Positions 27,646 through 36,280 of a stretch of 44,076 nt of DNA are shown here, piece after piece. The notes under the pieces were generated by a model. The model was not told the DNA's origin. It searched no databases and saw only the letters and a program-made list of their open reading frames with translations. The DNA comes from Thermoproteota archaeon (GTDB lineage: Archaea > Thermoproteota > EX4484-205 > JAAOZP01). The stretch spans positions 1 through 44,076 of the forward strand of contig JBNAVT010000018.1 in NCBI GenBank assembly GCA_049700215.1, in the 5' to 3' direction. A program made the translations under genes and the position numbers. Numbering within the stretch: position 1 is the stretch's first letter; the number at the start of each line of letters is the position of its first letter.

Positions 27646-28092
27646 TTAATAGCTGCTTCCCGATTTCCCCAGTAGTAGTTCAAGCTCGGTTATGTGTTCC
27701 TGCTCATCCATTATCACGTGTCTTACCTCGTGTTCCAGCAGGAAGTCGTAGTATCCTTTTCCCCTCTCCTTAACGATCGCTTCGTATATTCTCCTGTAAG
27801 TATCTACAGCCTCCTTCTCATCCTTTAGATTCTGCTCAAGTATTTCCCTAACTGTTTTAGCCGGATGGGTTTCAGCGATCCCCATGCTGGGAGTCCCTCC
27901 CAGCATGCCTATTAGAGACCTGAACTTATCCTGGTGAGTCTTCTCGTCGTTCGCAATCTCTTTAAGCCTCTCTATCAGAGGCTCAGCGTTTTCACCGTCT
28001 ATTAACTCGGCGTGGCTAAGGTATTGCACGTACGCGGCATGTTCAAGCTCAAGCGCGTGGTTAAGCATTTTCAAAAGCTCTTCCTTTGTCAT
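27646..28092 (-). CDS. ferritin-like diiron four-helix-bundle protein
   Basis: ELEHAAYVQY, DEKTH, DEKEAVDTY and DEQEH give paired E/ExxH ligands. Confidence 0.88.
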   Translation of the reverse strand: MTKEELLKMLNHALELEHAAYVQYLSHAELIDGENAEPLIERLKEIANDEKTHQDKFRSLIGMLGGTPSMGIAETHPAKTVREILEQNLKDEKEAVDTYRRIYEAIVKERGKGYYDFLLEHEVRHVIMDEQEHITELELLLGKSGSSY

Positions 28093-28177
28093 TTCTCATC
28101 GTATTTAGAATAGAAGGCTTTTTAATAAACTTTATACGAAAAACCCTTATAAAGCAAACCCTGAAGAATAGCCATAG

Positions 28178-28648
28178 TTGGCCAGCACCCGTGTAAAGGA
28201 GAAGTCCGCCGGCTTCATAGTTTTCGCGAAGGAGAATGGCGAGTTAAAATACCTTTTTCTAAAGGTCGGGGAGAGGCTTGATTTCCCGAAGGGCAATATT
28301 GAGGAAAACGAGGATGAGCTTTCAGCCGCGTTGAGGGAGTTGAGGGAGGAGAGTGGAATAGCTAGAATCAGGGTCATCCCAGGGTTTAGAAAGGTTTTAA
28401 ACTATTATTACAAGAGGAACGACGGCACTCTGGTCAGCAAGACACTGGTCCTTTTTCTCGGAGAAGCCTTGGAGAAGAATGTTTCAATATCCTGGGAGCA
28501 CGAGGGCTTCGAATGGTTAAGCCTTGAAGATGCGGTTGCAAGGATCAAATACCCGCGTTACAAAGAAGTTTTGAAGGAGGTTGAGGAATTCATATTGAGG
28601 AAGACGGGGGGAAGCCTAGGCAGATGGTTTGGAGAGCCTCAGGCTTAG
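28178..28648 (+). CDS. NUDIX hydrolase (asymmetric Ap4A hydrolase-like)
   Basis: SAGFIVF, Nudix box FPKGNIEENEDELSAALRELREESG, and SWEHEGFEWL. Confidence 0.92.
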   Translation: MASTRVKEKSAGFIVFAKENGELKYLFLKVGERLDFPKGNIEENEDELSAALRELREESGIARIRVIPGFRKVLNYYYKRNDGTLVSKTLVLFLGEALEKNVSISWEHEGFEWLSLEDAVARIKYPRYKEVLKEVEEFILRKTGGSLGRWFGEPQA

Positions 28649-29454
28649 AGGGGAACCTTATGCAGCCTACCCTTGTGAAACGTGGATAACTCGCAGTAGC
28701 CAACGCTCTTAGCATAATCGACAATAGCATCATAGTTTGCGTCAATCTCGCTCAGCCCGTGTGCATCCGTGCCCAGCGTCACCGGTATGCCCAGGGATTT
28801 GCATCCTTCTAAAATCCTTCTCGCAGGATAGGCCTCGCCCACGGGGCTCCTCAAACCCTTACTCGAAACCTCCACAGCCATCCCCAGCTTGACGACGCTC
28901 TCCAAGATCGCCTGCTCATCCGCCTTAAAATCCCCAGAGGGCTTAAAACCCCAGTTTCTAGCAACGTCGAAATGGGCGACAACGTTGAACAATCCTGACT
29001 CCACAGCCCTCCTTAGAAGCCCCAAGTACTTCGAGTAGAACCCGTCGAAACCCTCTTCCCTAACAGCCGTCTCGAAAGCCCTCCTGTGTTTCACACAGTC
29101 CAGGCAGAACTCACCTATCCAATGGATGCTTACCATAGTGAAATCCAGATCATTACTACCCAGGATGTCTTTCAGCATTTGTTCAGAACCTGGGAAATAG
29201 TCCACCTCTAGGCCAGCCCTCACCCTTAAGCCTTGCAAGCCTTTTTCAACAGTCCTAACCTCCTCAACGTAATCCCCTATCCTGGAAACATCTATAGAGT
29301 AATACAGTTTCTTCATCGACCCGGGTCTCACAGCCAAGTGTTCGGTGAAAGCAACCTCGTCGAAACCCTTTCTCACCGCTTCCTGGACGTATTCGAGTAT
29401 AGTAGCCCTGCCATCGCTATACGTACTGTGAATATGATAGTTCACTCTAACCAT
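28645..29454 (-). CDS. PHP-family phosphatase (histidinol-phosphatase HisJ-like)
   Basis: YHIHS.YSDG, FTEH, GLEVDY, SIH, AHFD and GTDAH. Confidence 0.88.
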   Translation of the reverse strand: MVRVNYHIHSTYSDGRATILEYVQEAVRKGFDEVAFTEHLAVRPGSMKKLYYSIDVSRIGDYVEEVRTVEKGLQGLRVRAGLEVDYFPGSEQMLKDILGSNDLDFTMVSIHWIGEFCLDCVKHRRAFETAVREEGFDGFYSKYLGLLRRAVESGLFNVVAHFDVARNWGFKPSGDFKADEQAILESVVKLGMAVEVSSKGLRSPVGEAYPARRILEGCKSLGIPVTLGTDAHGLSEIDANYDAIVDYAKSVGYCELSTFHKGRLHKVPL

Positions 29455-29534
29455 GTACCTGAGAATGCTTTCTAAAACCTAAACATTATTTAACGATTTC
29501 CCAAATCGTCGAGCGCGTAAAAACCGGGGCAACG

Positions 29535-29541
29535 TTTATAA
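29535..29541 (+). promoter_or_regulatory. TATA box of the riboswitch-thiBPQ transcript
   Basis: TTTATAA about 30 nt upstream of the aptamer 5' end. Confidence 0.6.
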
Positions 29542-29571
29542 GCAGATTTCCACGGGAAACAGCCTGACGGC

Positions 29572-29670
29572 GGTAGCTGGGGGAGCTGGGGAAACCCGGC
29601 TGAGAGGACCCTTCATGGGGGTCGACCCCGATTCACCTGATCCGGATAATACCGGCGGAGGGAAGCTACC
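29572..29670 (+). ncRNA. TPP (thiamine pyrophosphate) riboswitch aptamer
   Basis: P1 GGTAGCT/AGCTACC; GGGG..P3 GCTGGG-GAAA-CCCGGC; conserved CTGAGA; extra helix GACCCTT-CAT-GGGGGTC; ACCCC; ACCTGAT; P5 CCGG-ATAATA-CCGG; CGGAGGGAA. Lies upstream of a thiamine-type ABC transporter. Confidence 0.95.
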
Positions 29671-29706
29671 CGATGCTCCTTCTTCTACCGCCCAATATGA
29701 AAGGAG

Positions 29707-30741
29707 GTGGTAAGAATGAGAATAGGCTGGAGAATGATGGTGGCGATCGTGGTTGCAGCGTCTGCAATAGTGTCCTCAATCCTGTATCTTCAGTTCACCC
29801 AGCCTAGGCTTGAAGACACCTTGATAATCTACGGCCCCAGGGGAATCTCGGGCCTCGCAACAGCGCTTGTTAAAGAGTTTAAAAACAGGCACCCGGGTGT
29901 GAACGTGACCTTCATAAGCTACGGCATGGGTTCAATCGAGATAGCTAACAAGCTGATCCTCGAGAAGAATTCTCCCGTGGCCGATGTAATAATGGGCGTG
30001 CCGGAGTTCTACGCGAAAACCTTGATAGACGCTGGTGTTTTAGAGCCGTATAGGCCCCAGAATATTTCGCTAATACCCGCGGAGGAAATCTGGGACCCCA
30101 CGGGCACGATTATGCCGATGGACAAGGGCTATGTCATAATAACCTACAATAGTAGCGTCATCGCCAGACTAGGCCTCCCGCCGCCTGAGAGGCTTGAAGA
30201 CCTGCTTAAGCCAGAGTACCGGGGCCTAGTATTCTATCAGGATCCGACTTCAAGCGGAACCGGCTTATCATTCCTCGTATGGGTCTTGTCCGTCAAGGGT
30301 GTTGAGGAGGGATTCAGCTTCCTTAAGCAGCTTGAGCAGAGTGTAAAGACGCATCCCTCAGGCTGGACCTCATCCATAATGGCTTTGAAAAACGGCGAGG
30401 TTGCCATAGGACCAATGTTTAACACTGACGTGGGATACGAGGAGACTCCTAACCTTACAAGCATGGCTGTCGAAGGCTTTGTCTACAGGGAGGGCATAGC
30501 TCTGGTTAAAAACGCTAAACATCCTGAGATAGCCAAGAAGTTCATAGAGTTCGTTTTAAGCACCGAGGCGCAGAACCTTGTTGCACCAGAAGGCTACATG
30601 TACCCTGTTAACCCAAAGGCTTCCGTAGAGTTGTTCAGCTACGCTCCAATACCCTTGGAGAAAATAACTTTCAAAAGAGAGCTTGCCGGCAGTGTTGAGC
30701 AGTGGCTCGACAGGTGGAGGAGAGAGGTTAAAACTGGATGA
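29707..30741 (+). CDS. thiB: thiamine ABC transporter substrate-binding protein (membrane anchored)
   Basis: N-terminal TM, ILEKNSPVADV, DLLKPEYRG, QDPTSSGTGLSFL and AKKFIEFVLS..AQ..MYPVN. AAGGAGG fits a start at ATG 29716 better than GTG 29707. Confidence 0.85.
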   Translation: MVRMRIGWRMMVAIVVAASAIVSSILYLQFTQPRLEDTLIIYGPRGISGLATALVKEFKNRHPGVNVTFISYGMGSIEIANKLILEKNSPVADVIMGVPEFYAKTLIDAGVLEPYRPQNISLIPAEEIWDPTGTIMPMDKGYVIITYNSSVIARLGLPPPERLEDLLKPEYRGLVFYQDPTSSGTGLSFLVWVLSVKGVEEGFSFLKQLEQSVKTHPSGWTSSIMALKNGEVAIGPMFNTDVGYEETPNLTSMAVEGFVYREGIALVKNAKHPEIAKKFIEFVLSTEAQNLVAPEGYMYPVNPKASVELFSYAPIPLEKITFKRELAGSVEQWLDRWRREVKTG

Positions 30742-32354
30742 GCCTCGTTAGAAAGCTTCTAATCCTCACACCGTTCTTTTTATTCCTAGCCTTTTTCTAC
30801 GCAATACCCCTGTCCTTTCTCGTGGGCAACGTGAGCCCGACTGATTTCGCAAGCGTTTTAAGCGACGAGTATATTCACAGGCTGTTCTACGGGACTCTTG
30901 GACAAGCCCTACTCTCAACAGTGCTAACCCTGCTCCTAGCCCTTCCAGTAGCCTTCTTCTTCGCAAAGTATTCGTTTAAGGGTAAGAGGACCCTGGAGTA
31001 CTTGCTGCTGACAACCTTCTTCGTGCCTGCTTTCACAATAGCGGAGGGCCTAATAGTTCTGCTCGGGGAAACAGGAATTATAAATTCCCTCCTATCCCGG
31101 CTGCTTGGAACCGGTGAACCGGTTGTTAAAATCCTATACTCGATCTGGGCTGTAGTGCTGGCACACGTGATATACTATGTTCCGCTAGCAACGCTTATTC
31201 TTGAACAGGGCTTCTCCTCGGTAGACCAGAACCTTGTGGATGCGGCCAGGGTTTTCTCAGGCTCGGCTCTACGAGTCTTTAAAACGGTATACCTAAGCTT
31301 TTTAACGCCATACCTGGTTGCTGCCTCACTCCTTGTCTTCGCGTTCTCATTCATAACCTATTCGACGCCAATGCTTGTAGGAGGGAGGTTTGCAACGCTT
31401 GAGGTCGAGATATACGCCACCAGGTTTAGGCCAGTCTCATCATCCATAGCCCTATTTCAACTATTGTTAACACTATCAATATCGATCATAATCATACTCT
31501 TCAGGGAAAAGTTCTACACGCCCTCCTCAGACAGCAATCCTGTTGAAGAGCCTGTTTCAAAGCTTTTCTCAAGCCCGGGCGGGATTCTCCTCGCCGCCTA
31601 CGTGGCGCTCCTCTACGTTTTCGAGCTCGCGCCAGTCGTAATACCAGTTGTAAGCCCATTTCTGGATGCTGAGCACCCCTTCACCTGGCTTTTTAAAGAG
31701 CTGCGCGACTTTAAATTCGGCTTCGGCCTAGGCTTCACCGAGATCCTCCTTCAAAGCCTTGCAATAGCGTTGATCGTTTCAGCCGTTTCAACCATGCTTT
31801 CAGTAGCAATAGTATGGTCTTCAAAGTTTTCAGGAGGGGTCGTGGAAAAAACCGTAAGCATACTCATGGCGCTGCCGTTAACAATGTCCCGCTCATCCCT
31901 AGCCCTCGGAATACTTCTTTCCTACGGCTTCGGAGTCACCAGGCTCTACGGAAGCTGGATCCTCATGGCCATAGGGCAGTCAGCAGTAGTAATACCGCTT
32001 GCAGCAAGAATCATCGAGGCCTCTTGGAGCAGGATAGTTAAAGAGTATCGTGAGGCTGCTGACGCCCATGGGGCAACAGCCTTCTTCAGGCTGATAAGGG
32101 TTGAAATACCGCTTGTACTGCCCGCCGTGGTTGCGTCGCTCCTCATGGCGTTCTCCTCGTCTTTAAGCGACTTCACTTTCTCAACCTTCTTCAGCACGCT
32201 CAACCTGATGACGCTCCCGGTAGCCGTTAACCTGCTGATAGACTACAGGAGGCTCAGCCTTGCGTTAACCCTAACCTCACTCCTCACGATGCTCGTGATT
32301 ATTGTTGAAACAGCCGGGTCACAGTTTTCAAGAGAGAGGCTGAGGCTGATTTGA
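30738..32354 (+). CDS. thiP: thiamine/iron-family ABC permease (two fused TM domains)
   Basis: Two EAA-like loops (LVDAARVFSG, YREAADAHGA); ATGA overlap with thiB. Confidence 0.83.
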   Translation: MSLVRKLLILTPFFLFLAFFYAIPLSFLVGNVSPTDFASVLSDEYIHRLFYGTLGQALLSTVLTLLLALPVAFFFAKYSFKGKRTLEYLLLTTFFVPAFTIAEGLIVLLGETGIINSLLSRLLGTGEPVVKILYSIWAVVLAHVIYYVPLATLILEQGFSSVDQNLVDAARVFSGSALRVFKTVYLSFLTPYLVAASLLVFAFSFITYSTPMLVGGRFATLEVEIYATRFRPVSSSIALFQLLLTLSISIIIILFREKFYTPSSDSNPVEEPVSKLFSSPGGILLAAYVALLYVFELAPVVIPVVSPFLDAEHPFTWLFKELRDFKFGFGLGFTEILLQSLAIALIVSAVSTMLSVAIVWSSKFSGGVVEKTVSILMALPLTMSRSSLALGILLSYGFGVTRLYGSWILMAIGQSAVVIPLAARIIEASWSRIVKEYREAADAHGATAFFRLIRVEIPLVLPAVVASLLMAFSSSLSDFTFSTFFSTLNLMTLPVAVNLLIDYRRLSLALTLTSLLTMLVIIVETAGSQFSRERLRLI

Positions 32355-33422
32355 ATGAGGCTTGAGGTCCAAGACCTCAGGAAGAAATTCGGAGGCTTCG
32401 AGGCTTTAAGGGGCGTAAGCTTCAGCATCCCGTCTGGAAAAACACTTGCGCTCCTCGGGCCCAGTGGATGCGGTAAGACGACTACGCTCCGGATAATCGC
32501 TGGACTCCTTGAGCCTGATTCCGGCAGAATCCTTTTCGAGGGGAAGGATGTGACTGAACTCCCCCCAAGGGAGAGGAATGTTGGAATGGTTTTTCAAAGC
32601 CCAGCGTTGTTCCCAAACCTGACGGTGAGAGAGAATATTGCATTCCCCTTGGAAGCCAGGGGCAGGAGTCCTGAGGAGGTTAGGAGACGGGTTGAGGAGG
32701 TTGTGGAGCTGGTTGAACTCGCTGGGCTTGAAGAGAGGCGGCCCCACGAGCTGAGCAGGGGGCAGCAGCAGAGGGTTGCGATAGGGAGGGCCATAGCGTC
32801 CGAGGTTAAGCTGCTACTCCTAGACGAGCCCCTCACTGCTCTGGACGCTGCCTTAAGGACAGAGATATCCAGCGTTATAAGAGTGGTTCAGAGGAAACTT
32901 GGTCTTACAACTATATACGTTACTCACGACCAGCTTGAAGCGTTCGCCATGGGTGATTTTATAGCTACAATGTTCGACGGAACCATAGACTCTTACGCTG
33001 ACGCTCAAACAATGTACGCGAAGCCCCCTACGGAGAAGACAGCGAGGTTCCTAGGGTTCGTTAATAGGCTTGAGACCGTGGCAGAATACTTGGGCCAGGA
33101 AGACTTTAGGCTCGTCTTCCCAAGAGGCGAGTTCAGGATTAGGTGGCATGGGCCGGAGGCTGATGTGAAGGTTGCTGTCCTATTCAGGCCTGAGGATGCT
33201 TCAATAAGCCTAGAGGGTGAAGGCCTGCTGGAGGGCGAGCTTTCAAGCAGCATGTTTGCAGGCAGAAACGTTGTTACGCGCGTGAAAACAAGCCAGGGCA
33301 TGATTGAATGCGCGGGAAACGATTTCTCCCAGTACCGAGCAATATCCGGGATGATAGGGAGGAAGGTCATCGTCAAAATAGACCTGGACAAGGCTTTGCT
33401 GATACGGGCCAGTGGGTTCTAA
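32355..33422 (+). CDS. thiQ: ABC ATPase of the thiamine importer
   Basis: GPSGCGKTT, LSRGQQQR, LLLDEP, YVTHDQ and a C-terminal TOBE-like region. Confidence 0.83.
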   Translation: MRLEVQDLRKKFGGFEALRGVSFSIPSGKTLALLGPSGCGKTTTLRIIAGLLEPDSGRILFEGKDVTELPPRERNVGMVFQSPALFPNLTVRENIAFPLEARGRSPEEVRRRVEEVVELVELAGLEERRPHELSRGQQQRVAIGRAIASEVKLLLLDEPLTALDAALRTEISSVIRVVQRKLGLTTIYVTHDQLEAFAMGDFIATMFDGTIDSYADAQTMYAKPPTEKTARFLGFVNRLETVAEYLGQEDFRLVFPRGEFRIRWHGPEADVKVAVLFRPEDASISLEGEGLLEGELSSSMFAGRNVVTRVKTSQGMIECAGNDFSQYRAISGMIGRKVIVKIDLDKALLIRASGF

Positions 33423-33483
33423 GCCTCTGTTTAATCGAAGCCGGAAAGCTTTTAAGATTCGACCCCAGGTTCATTCTTTGATT

Positions 33484-33957
33484 TTGCTGCGAGAAGTTGA
33501 AAATAAAATTGAGAAAGCCAGGGAGGCGCTTCAATCCATCAGTTATCTCGCTGAGGAGGTTTCAACTCAAGAATTCTACGATTATTTAACAGGAGAAACC
33601 TTCTCGGGAGACACCACTACTTTCAAGGATGTATTAGGCAATGAATATCTTCTGGTTCACGAGCTGGCTGAAATAACCGAGTTGAAGAAAAAGGGGCTGA
33701 CCATTAATAAACGTGTAATCGTAGACTCGCCGAAGAATATGATCTACGACGCGCATCTGACAGCGATGGAGGCTGAGCTCAATTATGCTTTACATGAAAA
33801 GGATTATTTCTGGATTAAGGCCAGACTGAAACAATACGGAGAAAGCATTCTGGATACTGACCCCAGTCTTCCAAGGGAGATGAGGGCTAGAGCCGAAAGG
33901 TTGCTCGAAAAGTTTCGCAGAGCCGCGGAAAGACTTGAGGAAGCTGCTTCTATTTGA
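33484..33957 (+). CDS. hypothetical helical protein with HELAE motif
   Basis: Plausible coding region with LLVHELAE and AHLTAMEAE. Start TTG inferred from ttttaag at 33450. Confidence 0.7.
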   Translation: MLREVENKIEKAREALQSISYLAEEVSTQEFYDYLTGETFSGDTTTFKDVLGNEYLLVHELAEITELKKKGLTINKRVIVDSPKNMIYDAHLTAMEAELNYALHEKDYFWIKARLKQYGESILDTDPSLPREMRARAERLLEKFRRAAERLEEAASI

Positions 33958-33962
33958 TTTCC

Positions 33963-34000
33963 CTATGCTTTCATCATTTCGAGGAAGATGGGAAGCATAG
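33963..34000. terminator. imperfect hairpin between convergent genes
   Basis: CTATGCTTTCATC (33963-33975) pairs with GATGGGAAGCATAG (33987-34000), with an inner TTC/GAA. Confidence 0.45.
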
Positions 34001-34032
34001 CATCATAAACGTGGATTTTTACTGGCGGCGTG

Positions 34033-35097
34033 CTAATCCTCTCCCGGCTTAACCTCAACATCAAACCCCCAATGGTATTTGAAGGGAGCAACCTCCCTTA
34101 TCCTTCTCGACGATAAGAGCCTGGTTTCGCAGCCAAGCCTCCTGAACGATTCCTCAATGCTCGCATATTTTTCTTTAGGATCAGTATTCTTTTCTAAGAA
34201 GACGTGGAGATGCACTACACCCCCCTGTTTTTTAAGCGCGTTCCTAGCTGCATCAAGATACATTTCAGAACTCATCGGCAGGTTCATAATAATCCTGTCC
34301 CCAACATTTTTCAAATCCCTCCCGGAGAGCTCTCTAGCATCCCCGAGATACGCCTTAACCCTGTCCTCAACCCTGTTCAGCCTTATGTTTTCAACGAGGT
34401 ATCGGTAGGCATGCGGGTTTATGTCGCAAGCGTGAACCTTTACACCAGGATTCTTCTTCGCGATAACTATGCTGAAAGGCCCTATTCCAGCGAAAAGATC
34501 GCAGACGACCTCTCCAGGTTTAGCCAGTGAAGCCACCCTGATCCTTTCGGCTGAAAGCCTCGGGGTGAAGAAAACCTTTGAAACATCGAGTTTAAAGACG
34601 CAGCCGTGTTCCCGATAGACGGTTTCCGTGCCACCCTCGCCGGCTAAAACCTCGTATCCACCGACCCTGTACTCGCCTGAAAGAGGCTCAGTCTTGTTAA
34701 GCACTATTCTCACGTTCTTCATGGATTTTAGAAACGCCTCTCCAATAATCCTGCGGCGATCATGAAGCTCCTCCGGAAGCTGGAGAATGCAGACGTCTCC
34801 AATAATATCGTAAGACCTAGGTATCATCTTAAGATCCTCGACGGACAGAATACTCCTCAAGTTTTCGAAAAGGCTCGGCCTCTTGCAGGCTTCCTCAAAA
34901 TCCTCAACCACCAGATTTGCCTCAACACTTAACTCCTTTAACTCTTCCTCCTTGAACTCACTGGCGAGAGGAATAATTAGAAATTCTCCCCTTCTTTTAA
35001 TGGCGAGAGAATTGTCGACGAGGCTTCTTTCCCTAAGTATTTTCAAAACTTTCTCTCCGAATTGTTTTTTAACTTGGATGCCTGTTCTAACCCTCAT
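34033..35097 (-). CDS. trm5: Trm5-family tRNA (guanine37-N1) methyltransferase
   Basis: N-terminal D1 domain, SYDIIGD, GEYRV, VFFTPRLSAER, DLFAGIGPF, DINP and RIIMNLP. Confidence 0.88.
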   Translation of the reverse strand: MRVRTGIQVKKQFGEKVLKILRERSLVDNSLAIKRRGEFLIIPLASEFKEEELKELSVEANLVVEDFEEACKRPSLFENLRSILSVEDLKMIPRSYDIIGDVCILQLPEELHDRRRIIGEAFLKSMKNVRIVLNKTEPLSGEYRVGGYEVLAGEGGTETVYREHGCVFKLDVSKVFFTPRLSAERIRVASLAKPGEVVCDLFAGIGPFSIVIAKKNPGVKVHACDINPHAYRYLVENIRLNRVEDRVKAYLGDARELSGRDLKNVGDRIIMNLPMSSEMYLDAARNALKKQGGVVHLHVFLEKNTDPKEKYASIEESFRRLGCETRLLSSRRIREVAPFKYHWGFDVEVKPGED

Positions 35098-35202
35098 AGC
35101 TTTTCATCTGCGATACTAACGCTGGTTTTTATAAAAACCTTCCTGATATTTTTTCATAGGGCGGTCTAAAGGTTTAATAAACTGCTGGCTGAGGTTTGGG
35201 TA

Positions 35203-36120
35203 TTGCCAGGGCTGTTTGAAACAATACTGGAAATAGTCGTCTTGCTTTCATTAGGCGTACTTTTAAGAAGGCTTCACGTTTTAGGCGAGGAGTCTTGCAA
35301 GAAACTTTTATCATTATCCATTAACCTGCTCCTGCCCATTATAGTGTTCTGCTCCTTCGCAACAGTAAAAATACGCTTAGAGGACTACCTGCTGCCAGCG
35401 ATCGGGCTAATGCTTAACCTTCTGCTCCTAGCCGCAGCATTCCTTTCTTCCGGAGGACTGAACATGGATAGGGCGAGGAGAGGAGCTTTCCTCCTGGGAT
35501 GCAGTACTTTAAACATCGGCATAATAGGCTTACCGTTCATAGAGCTTTTTTTCAATGCTGAAGGCGTTACAACAGCCTCGTTGCTCGACATAGGTAATTC
35601 CATCTATGTTTTTTCAATAGCGTTTCTAGTAGCATCAAGATTCAACCCTTCGCGAACAGGAAAGTCCTTTAGAAACAGTGTTAAAAGGCTTCTTACGCAA
35701 CCCTATATTCTTTCGATAATTTTCGGTCTGGCGGCTAACCTTTATGGAGTGAGGCTGCCTGAATCAGCCCGGGTCTTGGCAAGCACCGCCTCTTTCGCAA
35801 ACATTATTGTAATGCTTGTCGCAGTGGGCACGTTCATAAGGCTTCCTTCAAGAAGCCTTGTTCGTCAAATACTCGTCGCAACAATCATCAAAATCCCTGT
35901 TGGAGGATTCGTCGGCCTAACCCTAGCCAGCCTGTTCAGCCTGACTCCGCAAGCATCAGTAGTCACAGTCATGGTGGCGCTCCTCCCCCCTGCCTTCATG
36001 ACAATAGTGCACGCTAGCACTGAAAACCTGGATCTGGAGTTTGCGACAATCCTGCTGGGATTCACGCTTACGGTTGGAATCCCGCTAATAACCCTCTACG
36101 GCCTGATCCTATCTTTCTAG
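35203..36120 (+). CDS. AEC (auxin efflux carrier / malate permease) family transporter
   Basis: About 10 TM segments; LLLP..VF.SF, NIGIIGLPF and LPPAF. Confidence 0.85.
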   Translation: MPGLFETILEIVVLLSLGVLLRRLHVLGEESCKKLLSLSINLLLPIIVFCSFATVKIRLEDYLLPAIGLMLNLLLLAAAFLSSGGLNMDRARRGAFLLGCSTLNIGIIGLPFIELFFNAEGVTTASLLDIGNSIYVFSIAFLVASRFNPSRTGKSFRNSVKRLLTQPYILSIIFGLAANLYGVRLPESARVLASTASFANIIVMLVAVGTFIRLPSRSLVRQILVATIIKIPVGGFVGLTLASLFSLTPQASVVTVMVALLPPAFMTIVHASTENLDLEFATILLGFTLTVGIPLITLYGLILSF

Positions 36121-36280
36121 AATGTTTCCATGGGGGTTAAGCGTTGAGAAAAATGGTTGACAGCGTCTTCGGTAAAAAAAGCAATTACCTTGGAGGGATT
36201 TAAGCGTAACGCTCGCCGGAAAACGTCGCCAGGCTAAACCATAAAGGTTTTAAACATTAGTCTTTGAATGGTGCCGGAGC

